In this document: positions 1 through 11,500 of the stretch, piece by piece
Position numbering within the stretch: position 1 is the first letter of the stretch
Layout: each line of letters opens with the position of its first letter
Assembly: GCF_001949145.1 (NCBI RefSeq)
Contig: NW_019091357.1
Span: 1,452,746-1,516,745 of the forward strand
DNA length: 64,000 bases
Direction: 5' to 3'
DNA from: Acanthaster planci
Lineage: Eukaryota
Notes under the pieces: generated by a model
Seen by the model: the letters and a program-made list of their open reading frames with translations, nothing else
Database searches by the model: none
Told to the model about the DNA's origin: nothing
Made by a program: the position numbers and the translations under genes

Positions 1-1045
1 AAAGAAGACAGGTAATGGTACTTTTTATGAGGGATTCAGATAATGGGTCCGTAAAGCATTTAAAGGATTAGCCCCACTGCAAAGTTAATGAGGAAGGCCC
101 CCCAGATGGGCTCACTGCATTTTCACGGTGTTTTCACTTGACCTCAAGGTGTCGGCAAGGGGTCACAACCAGGATTATTTTCACGGTGTTTTCACCATGT
201 GAACTGCCATGAAGTTGCAGTGAAAAAACAATTTCACAGTGAAACTGCAAATTAAGTGCAAATTCATGGTGCTGAAATTCATAGAGTATGGTTAACAAAA
301 TAAAAAACTAAATTGAATTGCGGTCATTTACTAAAAAAATCTTGAAATTTGAAATCAGAATTGATCTTCCATCATTCTGTGCATTTTCACAAGGACAACC
401 AACTCTACACAGCACCACTGCCTGAGCTATCATTCCTCACTTTAGTTTTACAACACCTCAGGTGGTTTGTTTCACTAACCTTATTTTTTTGGGGTGGGGG
501 GGGTGGGGGGCAGGGTGTAATCTGTTACAGCTTGTGGATCAGTCCAGTCATTGTGAAGCAGCAGTAGCAGCAGTGTTGCCTAAATACACGTGACGTAGGC
601 TTAGGTCTATGTCACTGGGTGGAGACTGACAGTGACAATGTGGACATGTTCTGAAATTATTTTTGACATTAACAGCGACCAGTTTTCTAAATTTATGATA
701 GGGCCTAGTTGAGATGTCTTTAAAGTATGGATTGCCGTAGTCAAGATAGAAGGCCTAATAATGACATTGAAAATATTTCCGAGTTTTAGCACTGCAGCAC
801 AAGACTCATGTCCCATGTCATTATGCTTTAACAAAGATACATGTACATGTAGGCCTACACACCCACCACTGGCGCCGTCTCAAATTTGAGAGCACAAAAA
901 CTCGGGCTCAAAATTAATTCAGCATCAAACGCACCACTCCTCTCACAAATGAATCTGCAAGATGAAGGAACACTGAAAAATCACACATTTTCAATATAAT
1001 GTAGAAATAGTCAAGTTGAAATGCAGAAAAATGTGCAAAACTTAC

Positions 1046-1185
1046 CACTCCTCTCGCACCGCACGATGCAACTAACGAAATGACGTTTGCTGATTATCGC
1101 GGCAGTTACCACGTGATGGTTTCAAATGATTCGATTGGATGGGCGTTGGAATCGCGTGTGGCATTTTCAAGGGAGGGCGCTATTT
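1046..1185 (-). promoter_or_regulatory. Probable promoter and non-coding first exon of a gene that runs off the left edge
   Basis: Minus-strand donor GTAAG at 1041-1045. The adjacent CpG-rich stretch carries CACGTG (~1109), ATTGG (1134-1138) and GAGGGCGCTA (1173-1182). Sequence to the left is CpG-poor, like a gene body. No coding exon was identified. Confidence 0.4.
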
Positions 1186-4100
1186 GTCAAATGTGTTAAT
1201 TCGGAGGTGGGGGGTATCATTTTTGGAATGCGCATAAAATTTGTTGGTCGGTTTCAACTTTAGCTGGGGTTGGCCGGGTGGGTTGGCAAAACTACTGACA
1301 GTACATCTCCTCGCGTCTGATGTGGCTTAATAAAAAGAGTGCGTCAGTAAAAATTACGCTGAAATGATTAATCGACAAGACCAAGAAAGATTTGCCGTAA
1401 ACATAAGTGTACTTTATATTATTCATGACATCGTAAAAAAAAGCAATTTGTCTTATTCTGAGTAGTGTTCATTATCTGCCTCTCGGGAAATGTGTCAATA
1501 ATATTCACAATCAGTAAGTCAGTTTTATGAATGATGAGCTTCAGATCTGACATGAAGACAACTTTTCATTTCCCAATATTATACATTGTCTTCTAGAAAC
1601 ACATGTCTGAGTAACAGGCAAGCCCATAGCGCAGTCATTTCTAGTCTGTACAGATCGTGTTATTTACCATAGGACCTCCACCATTGTTTCTGAATTTATA
1701 TACATGTATCTTTTTTTTCAGATGCCAGGCAAAAAGTTTTTTACATCAAAAAGGTAATATGCAAATATAATGTTTATGTAAAATAAACTTAGCCAGATAT
1801 ACAAAATAAAAGAGAAATTTCCATAATGCAGTTTCCAGACGACGCCTAACTGTTGCTCGGCCATACTTTTCTTGAGCCTCAGATATGAATTGCCCGGGCA
1901 TGTGTTGCAAGAAAAAGTAGAGTATTATTCCACATAATAAAAACACTGCATCTAACTACTGTACAATTATCTACTCAATGAAAAATACTGTTTGAGCTGC
2001 AAAGGCCTTCCCTCTGACTTTGCACAAAATTAAACGAATTGAAGGTAAGTAGGCCTGTAAAGATTGGCATAATATTTTGAGATTTTACCTTATCTTATCC
2101 ACTTAACATTAAGCAATGAAAATCGTATAATTTTATACATGGGTTACAATAAAGCTATGCTTGTCATCGTAACAAAGTTTACGAACTTTCTCTGAGTAAC
2201 TTTTATGATCCCTCCAGCTAAACACCACCCGAAGGATAATTTCTTCTTTTTTTTTTTGAAAAGGCTACAGACATGATCCATTAAACAATTTGCGAGTTCA
2301 GATATAGGAAACGCATGAAAAACAAACACTAATAACATTTACTTTCCAAATTAAAGTTTCGAATGGACTAAGATTTGTGAATTAAAGATTCACAAGCAAA
2401 ACACAAATTATACCCTTGTTCTGGACATGCATGGGCATAAATTACCGGGCAGGGATATATTCCCCACTTGGGGGGGGGATGCCCTCCTTTCTTAATCTTG
2501 CAGGGGACGGTCCAGTTTTTTGGGGGATGGGGATTTTGAATTTCTACGGCCGGCCAGTTTTAGGATTTTGGCCATCCCCATCCTTAATTCGCAAGCATGG
2601 ATGCTCAGTCGCCACTGGTTCCCAAGATGCATTTTCTTTAGGGCAAACTTTTTGAAAGTCCTCAACAAACTACAACGATGCTCCTTTCGTCACCGTTTTC
2701 ATAAAGAGATGAAGTGACAGAAAATCATAATTTTTAGTTGATTTCTTTTGGTCAAAATCGACTAGGCTTTACAACTTGGTGTAAAGGCACCTTTCCGTGT
2801 CTGTTTTCGGATGCGTTGCATACATGATGCGTTCGTGATTTTTCACGGACACAAAATCGACTCCATATCACGCATGTGCGTTGCGCGCGTTCGGCCATCA
2901 AAACAGCTCCGGGAACGACTTTTAGGAGCTTTTGTTTTGGACGACGGATGGTTCTACGACGGTGAAAATGAGACGTCTAGACTGGTTCTTGTCCAGTACT
3001 TAGTCTCTTGACGTCTTACAGACGTCATCCGAACGTAGGGACCGGTAGTGGGTATTGAACTGCAGAATCCTGCCGGTTTTAAGTAAATGAAGAAACGAAG
3101 CCCATTCGATGTACAATCAAACAGGAGCTGATGGAATATTTCGCCTTTTCTTCTTCGTTACCGGAAGTGACTTCACCCTAAATCTAAAATTTAACAAAAT
3201 AACCACTGATTTGAAATAAATTGCAGTAAAATAATTTTTCCATGATCGATCGATATCGATTATTTACCTGAATGCTGAAACGTAATAAAGCATTGCTACT
3301 AGCCATAAACTGAAATATTCAACTTCTGAATTGACAGGGCTAATCACACGCGTTAAACCGCAGCGCAGCTAGCTATACCGGTCCCTACAGGTCCAATGAG
3401 ACGTCGAGGCATCTGCGCATGCGTCTACGCTGACGGTTCGTCGCTGCCTAGTGTCTACAACGGTACCGACGCGTATATACGGGGTAAAGTGCCTCATTGT
3501 TTTCTTCACCAAATCTACTTATAAAATCAGCTAAATCAAGATCTTCTTCGAAAGGCAAAGTTCAACTAAACCCTATTTTCCGTTTCCCCCAGGAGACAAC
3601 GTTGTCTTCCATGGGCAAAGCGTTAGGGCAAAACCTGTTTTAAAGTTTCCACAAAGTTGACTCCGGAACAATTTCGTACCTGGCACACGCTACGACATTG
3701 TGTGTGTCGTTTCCACGAAGACACAAGTCACACGGATTTTAGCGTTTTTCGGAGTAGACAAAAGTGTTTATTTACAAAATGAACAAATTTAATTGACTTC
3801 TTTAAATATTATTTGCTAGTTTTGTATCATTTAACATCCCTTCTTTCAGGAAGTGGCATTGGTTAAGTCAAAGGAGTTCTAAATCCTAAATAAGAATTTG
3901 AAGAGGAGGCTAACCTCAAATACCATTTTCTTCAACGCTAGTTTTTACTCTCCGGGCAGAATTGTCTCTTCATGAAAATGGTGGCGCTTTGTTTGAAACT
4001 CTGTACCTCCAACCCAACGAAAACAAAAGGGAGTGATGGAAAACTTGAAACTAAATTTGACCATCAAAAATTCACCAGTGAATCGAACGTAACCCTCTAG

Positions 4101-4223
4101 GAAAATGAAGCAATTTCTGCGATAAGAAATTTCGAGTGCAATTTTTATATCGATTCTGCAATCAGAAACTCCCTCAAAATGCGAAGGGCATTAACAAATT
4201 CATCGGAAAATTCGTCAACCCTC

Positions 4224-7200
4224 TCACACTTTGTTATCTCCAGGAGGGCCTTCTAGCTCGACAGCTTCGTACATTTCATTTTCAACCCATTCCCCTTCCT
4301 GCTGGAGAGAAGGTGGGTTGACCATAATCTCACCGAAAATATCCTCGCTCTCCGAAGCCCTGGACCCGCGGTCCTTCATCACCAGAGAGTACACGGGCCT
4401 CCCTGGAGCCAAATCCAGCTCGTCCATGAAGCCGGAGTTAGTCTTGGAGGCTGTAGAGGTCCGCTTGGCATCCTGATCCACTGCCGAGTACTCAGGCAAA
4501 TCCTGCACCGTGCTCTGGGGCCTGGAAGCGGGATGGCCGGCCGCTGACTTCCGGACGTCCTCTCCCAGGCCGTTCCTGGGGAGAGAATTGGTCCTGGTGT
4601 AGCGGGGAGGGACGGCGGGCGAATCTCGCCGTGCCCTGAATTTTGACAGGGGAACAGAAGTGAGCTTCAGCTGAAAGGAATTTTGCTGTATTTGAATGTT
4701 AACTTGTTGCGACGAAAATTGCCCATGACCTGAACACAATCCATGTACAATTTTCACATGGTAAGCAGACAAGATGTCGATAGACCTACTGCTTCGGTTA
4801 ATGCACATCTTCATATAATAACAATAACACTGCAGCCGCCCAGGAAGCTGCTCATGAAGCTAAAGATTGATTTCAAAGTTATTGATTTCTATTAGTTTTT
4901 AATAAGCAAATATCAAATTATTGTATAATAATCTTTAACTACCACACATTTATCTTAATTTTAAAGATCATGTGACTTGATTTTAAAACATCAAGAGGAC
5001 TTGTGGAAAACAGAACATTTTAATTTCAGCAGTGTTGCGCAGGTGCAAAATTATTGCCTCAGTTTGCGAGTCAGGCCGACACAATGGGATGTGGCTGCAG
5101 TCAAACCCACATAGGCTCCAGTGAAAATTCATACCGCAGCCGAGTAATTAGGACATGACTTCATCTTACCTGAACACGCAGCAGTACAGTCCGATTAAGA
5201 TCACAAGGATGAGAGTACCTAGAAGCGCTGTGTTCAGGATTCCTAGCACCAAACCGACGTCTGTGGAGATTAGATCAAAGTCATAAGTTATAGTAGCTTA
5301 CACGTAGTGAACAGGCTGTATAGGTTGGTTAGGGGAATTAAGCCACAATGCAATCATCAGTGACTGTCGGTCTGACAGGTAGTCCTAAGTCAAATCAATT
5401 CGGCCAGCCAGTTATGTGAGAGTGCAGAGCACCCCCCAGAGAAATTATGTTTTGAAAACTGATGACAGAGATGCAGGTTTGGGTGGACTTTGTCTTTTTC
5501 CTTCCTTCTAAAAACGTGCAAAAAGCCCCAATGATCCTCACACGTACACTCAGAAAGGTCATAAGAGGTAATACTTGAAGAAATTTCCAAATTTGAGGAG
5601 TTTCCCAAACAATGTTGCCCTCCCCACGAAAATTTGGTGCTGCATCTGCCCTCATTGGGGAATAAAGGGGAGCTTTAACCAAACTAGCAAACCGCAGGCC
5701 AGTAAAAAAGTGTGATTTGCACAGATGAATACTTGCTACCGATTGCAAAGAAGCCGAGTAGGGTATCTTATAATCTGCACTCCTTGGTATAAAAGCAGAC
5801 GTAACGCACCTACTCTGTCGGTGACTGGTGGCGCTGTTCCCAGACCAGTGGCTAAAGGGGAGATTCGGAAGTACATGTCTTGTAAGATCTGCTTGACGTC
5901 ATAGAACTATTGATTGAACCTGAAGACGCAAGCGTTAATTTTGATGGTGCCCCCTTAACTTTACTGGTTGCCTCAAGGCGTCCAGTGCTGGAAGGTATTA
6001 TTGTAAACACTTTTGAGTCTGATATGAATCAGGGCTCAAGCTGAAATAACTTTGGATTTTCCTGATTCAGAACGAAAAAATACAGATTAGGTTAATAAAA
6101 ATCGGGCTGATCCATCCTCTTTTACAGGTCAACTTGTTTGATTTACTTGGGCTCAATGTGGTTGTAGTTCATATTTCAATAAGTGGCCAAAGTGTGGTGG
6201 TGCGGAATCGTGTTATATAATGGTGATTGGTTTGATATTCGATGTATGGGTTTAATGGATAGGGATTTTTAGAAATTGCTTAGGAGCTTCATTATTACCG
6301 ACACATTCAGGTGAAGTCTCGCTCCACATGATTTGGGCAGGGGCAGGTCCCTTGACGCACTGTACAGAGAGCGCCCCCTGTAGACCAAACCCAGGATTGC
6401 AAGTGAAGTTGATGATGCTACCGAAGTAGAAATGATCTGCCGTTGGTCTAATCGTCAGTTCGCCATGAGCCAGATTCCCCGGGTCGCTGCAGAAACTTTC
6501 ATTCACTGGAAAAAAAGAAACAGTAAGCAGGGAAAAGGGATGAATCATAAATTTCGTTCACCCTCATCGACGCTCTGGAAAATTTAATCTTTGGTAAAAT
6601 CAAAACAGGAAAAGCAATAATCGACCGAAACTGTCAAGCGCCGATAAGGACATTTGTTTCCGCAAACGGCACGGGGGCCTTTTTAATCAGTTAAGATTTT
6701 TAATGATAAAAGAAAAGTGTGCACAATAATGATTCAGAAAAAAAATAATTCAAAAGGTAAAAAACTTTCCATCAGAGGCTAGACAGATATGCAAAACTTT
6801 AAATGAAGAAATAATTAACCCACTGGCGTAAATCATTAACACAGAAACAAGTCATTAGGGCATTTGGCAAAATCATTTTGCACAGTGTTGTAGTGTATAG
6901 CGAAGCCGTGTCGCATTAGACTTACCACTATAGATCGAAATGACGCCCTCACCGCCGCACCGTTGGTCAGGATTTCCAGCACACGCATGGTTGCACGTGG
7001 AGTCGATGACTCTCGTGTTCTCGTTGATGTTGGGGTCTTTAAGTCTGTACAAACACTGCTTCCGTTCCATCGCCGCGTACACGATGGACTTATCATTTGA
7101 AACTTGCATTTTAGCATGATATACGCATTTTTCAATCGTAATTTCATCCATGGTAACAAGATCATGAAAGATGGCGTCACCGTCCCCACTGAAGCAACCT

Positions 7201-8570
7201 TTGTATCCAGGGGCTGCGAAAAAAATCGGTGACACAAAAACTAAGCATTAAGAAAGAGCACAATGAAAAAAATCACGTCACCATCAATGGAAGGTATAAG
7301 CGACAACAATCGTACCGCGAGAAGAGGAAGATACGTCTCTTGAAGGACTTTAAGTGAAACCTTGCAATTGTACATAAGTTGTCACAGGAGATGTAAAACG
7401 AAGTGTTGACTTTACTGTACCAGTGCAAACGACACCAGCTGTGTGACTGTCGCCGCAAGGATCGTCCCGCTCGTCAGTGCCATTCATGCAAGCCATTAGA
7501 GACTCTTCCTCTGTCGGCAAAGATGAAGCAGTAAATCGCTTTAATGTTCACGACAGCGCATTATTAGAAACAAACACAAAGAGGAACTCATTCAACCCAA
7601 GGACAACTCAGGATGAGAAGAGTAAAGTGAATGACTTGGTATGACTGCGGAGGAGCTTTGAAAATTACAAGTGTCTAATCACCCAATCGAATGGGGCATC
7701 TTGTTTTGAAGGAAAAAGTTTTCACACCCGTGCAGGTAACTTAATGATTCGAACTAACTAGGTTTTCCAACAATAACTGGTAGTTTGATGTACCATAGCT
7801 ATGTAGCTTCTCCAGTGGACAATCCGCAAAGTCTGATTGAAAATGGAGTGTTCACTAACCAGTTCTCGTCTGAACATCTTATCTTAAAAGAAGACCTTCC
7901 TGTATATTGCGCCAATCTTCCACACAGAGCTTGCTTTCAATTAAAATTCTGGTAACAAATCCTGGACGTCGGCAAACCCAAATCGTGCAAAGCATCCTCT
8001 AAGGACAAGTCCGGCGTGCGAATCTTACCTCCTTCGCACTGGAAGCCAGCGATTGATTTCCCCATTCCCCTGTCTCCATACTCGGACTCAGTCTTGACCG
8101 TGGACGTCCCGGGAAACCCCAGCTCCCTGCAGACCACCTGCCCCTCGGGGAATCCCCAGTCATCCGCGCACACGCTGAACCACTCAGCGGATCCAGGGCG
8201 TCGGAACTCGACCCTGCCAGCATTTGGTGTTGTCTCCGGGCCTCCAACCAGACGCACCTCTGCAAATAAGAACGGAACTGATGCGCTGATGGAATTTGGC
8301 GTGGTGGAAGTCTAAACTGGAATAATTACTCAGTTTGCCCCGCGCTATTTTAATTCGCAGGGACTTAAAATTAAGAAATGTTGTGCCGAGGGCTTAGGGC
8401 AGGATTTAGGGCATGATAGCAAAATGTAGTATTAAAAATGCATTTCGAAAAAAGAAATTAGCTTTACTTATAGACATATACATACCACATGCAACATGCA
8501 CGATTCCCATGAGTCGTGCCAGCAGAAGTCCAGTTACGAACTGCACCAGTGTCGATCGTTGCAGAGGCAT
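4224..8570 (-). CDS. Type I transmembrane receptor: signal peptide, SRCR (group A-like, 6 Cys), WSC, Sushi/CCP, TM helix and Tyr-motif cytoplasmic tail; ~481 aa, 8 coding exons
   Basis: Hand-spliced exons, all with GT/AG ends and compatible phases: 8486-8570 (MPLQRSTLVQFVTGLLLARLMGIVHVAC, signal peptide); 8029-8259 (VRLVGG..AGRVE..WFSVCADDW..VVCRELGF, SRCR); 7421-7510 (EESLMAC..PCGDSHTAGVVC, SRCR end); 6926-7213 (YKGCF..TIEKC..CNHACAGNPDQRCGG..ISIY, WSC); 6299-6505 (CSDPG..FTCNPGFGLQG..QC..WSETSPECV, CCP); 5810-5851 (linker); 5170-5260 (LVLGILNTALLGTLILVILIGLYCCVF, TM); 4224-4635 (tail to TGA). The exons sum to 1446 nt with an open frame. Confidence 0.9.
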
Positions 8571-11500
8571 TTGGGCTGATTGAAGAACACTTGAAAACAA
8601 AAAAGCAAACCGAACTTATTCTATAGCTGTTCACACAAGTTCACTGTCACGGGCCACAATCAGCAGAGTCAACCGTACATTGTATTGCTGGATGGCGGTT
8701 CGTGTGACGGTTGTCCTGCGTTGGACTAGGCAACCTGAAGTTTACTGCATATCGGTATGAGAGAAATTCATAATTGCATGGAGTGATGATAGAGTTTACC
8801 CATCCAATACTGTCATCTAAGAATAACTGCAGTTATATCGTGACCTTCCACCTCTGGGTCATCCATTATACCGTTATCATGCGAAAATGACTGCACCTTC
8901 GAAATTAAAACCACAGATCGACCTTCAAGATGCAGTGACTAAACCACACATTGCAAGAGCCAAAATCAATATAATTCTGCAGTTCCAATCTGATAAACTA
9001 CTCCCGATTATCAAAGAACATCGAAACTAGCGACTGGGTGCAAAAGGTGACCCGAAAGAGGAACTAAATCAGTTTAATAACAGGAAGTTTCACAGGTATA
9101 TCGCATCTGACAAAGGATTATTGTGTAACAGTCTTTTGGGGGACTGTCTACGTAACTTTGGGTTCGGTGCATACAGAGCACGTGACCTACTGTCAGGAAA
9201 TTTAAAAAAAAATGTTCGGTGATTGTGGTTGGATAAAACATCGGTAAAAAATAGATTTAATTCGGTATTCTAGGTTAATGATTAAATAAAGCAAACGAAC
9301 AGCTGAAACAGAAAAGGTTCTACGCACGTTAAGGTAATGTCGCGGAACTATGCCACAGAAATAGTTCGTTGTAGTTACTCGTTCGGTGCAATCATTTTGT
9401 ACCCAAACTTCAAAAACACTGTGATGATTGAGATTGAGGGGCAAGGGAGGGAACTTGCCCCACAGAAAAATGTTGAAAAAGGGAAACAAATGAAAAAGTA
9501 ACAGAAATGGAAAATTTTATCCATGAAAGGGGATGAAAATTACCACTTTGCTTGAAAAATCCTCAATGCTGACTTCCCACATTGATCAATTCTTACCCGA
9601 TCAATGCCTTGTCTGATATTTTTCCCTTAGCAAAAAACTAATCTGCCCTCCCCCCTCAAAAAATCCCGAAGACGCCTTTGAATCGCAAGGCATCCCCTTC
9701 CTGCGGGAATGTTGCCGAAGCTGTTATTTATTTGACCCTTTTGTGGAAAATATTCTGTCGACCAAAGCATGCGCTTAGCTGACAAACATTGCAACAATTT
9801 ACAGCTCCACCAGAGATGTAGATTTCCCAAGGGGGAAAAACTGAAATTACGATAAGATGTATTTAGGTGTTCAGGGGAATTTCTCATTTCTCACAGCTAA
9901 ACCTATTGCTTCAGTCTATATTGCCAGTGTCGAAAGCCATGCCATATTTGAATGAGAGAGTTACTCGTTTGCTTTCCTAAGAAGACTTAATGTGCATTTT
10001 AACAGCGCGTGTTAACAGTCCGCGAACAGTCCATGTTTGCAACCGACTCCGAGACTCATTCTGACTTTTGCTATTCTGGAGCGACTGCCCCTAAATTTGC
10101 CTCGTGATGGCCCACAAAACTCGACCAGGAAATGCGGTCAAAGTACGATTTTTACCACCCTGTCGTCAGCCACACCCTGGACTTGTTGGGGCACTAGTTT
10201 TTGCCATCAAAATTTCGCATATTAAACTATAATCAAACTGTCGTATGCTCTCAAACAATAATAGGAACTTACCACTTGGATTTTGACAAGATGGTCTCTG
10301 TTTCTGAGGGCACCAGCCGTTCAAATTGTCGACTGGACTAGCGCCTAAGACAACGAGATAAACCGACGGATGAAGTACGCAACGGCATTTTGTATCGGTT
10401 CGCCGCTTTCACACAAATCATTGTTCCCCTTTTGTGCTTTACTTTTATAGGCTGCGGTACGAGCAAATCAAGATCCATATCTGGTTGGCCCGATGGGTTT
10501 AATTCTTTGTCAACTTTCACTGCGGCCGACCTGCCACGTCAGGACTACACCATCACCGATTGGTCCGTATCCATGCGCGATGAACTGCGTTCGATGTATC
10601 CGAGTCCCCCGGGCAAGATGGCCGACGATTTCGGCATGATGCGTGACAATGACGGCCACCGTTTGTACCAAAACAGTTAGGATTACTCCCCAATATCGCA
10701 CACAAACGATTTTCGACGCTGATTAGATTAGAGATGACCAGAACACGAAATCAGTTATTGTTGCTGGACTATCAGCCCGAACATCCGTGCCTGGAGGTGG
10801 ACACAAATCCCTCACAAGAATCTGCCTGAATTATTTCTACTCCTTTTAAAGGGGAAAGTTAAATTCACACAATTCATGACGTCAACTACTCTGTTTATAA
10901 CCCACACGTACAACGCCCAGTATCACAAAGAAGGCTCGTCATTTATGAAGTCCACTTGCCTCCAGAGACGTTTTGAACAAGAGATTCAAGGTCAGCTTTC
11001 AGGCAGTTACAATCTCGTACAAAATTCGCTGAATGATCGGGAGTCGCCAGCGCAATGTCGAGTCGACACCTAGCGTTGATGTTATAGCTGGTGAAGATAT
11101 TGACATTTTGTCAACAAGTTGCCTTGAAATCTCCCTAAATAGGCAATTTTCTCTGGGTACAAGGTGATTCAATAATTTAATAATCAACGCTCTTGGCTGT
11201 TAGAATGAATTTTATGGAGCACACCGTTCAGTATTAGCGAGCACCGGGTCGGAAAGGGTGCAGAGTACCAGTTACATGGATATCTGAGAAAAATGGGTGG
11301 CAGTATCAGTAATCATTATAGTGCTGTTACTTCGAGAAACCCCATGAATATACTGATGCGAAATAAAGTAAGCCTATGTTTGGTTAATAGGAAAACAGCA
11401 ATGACAAGTCCCGTGAAAGGGTGGCATTTTCCGAGCCGCATACGAATTCCGAATCACGTACCATTTCTGATGGTCCATTACGAGGTTTTAAACGTGCACG

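Noticed and set aside
120..196. Direct repeat TTTTCACGGTGTTTTCAC (two copies)
   Set aside because: Only two short copies in a probable degraded repeat, with no further structure.
2781..3495. Possible MITE with AGGCAC..GTGCCT ends
   Set aside because: The inverted ends are short and degenerate with no clear TSD. It is probably an old repeat but is not supportable.
4636..4814. 5' part of the 196-aa ORF 4224-4814
   Set aside because: Intronic read-through; the real exon starts at the acceptor at 4636-4637.
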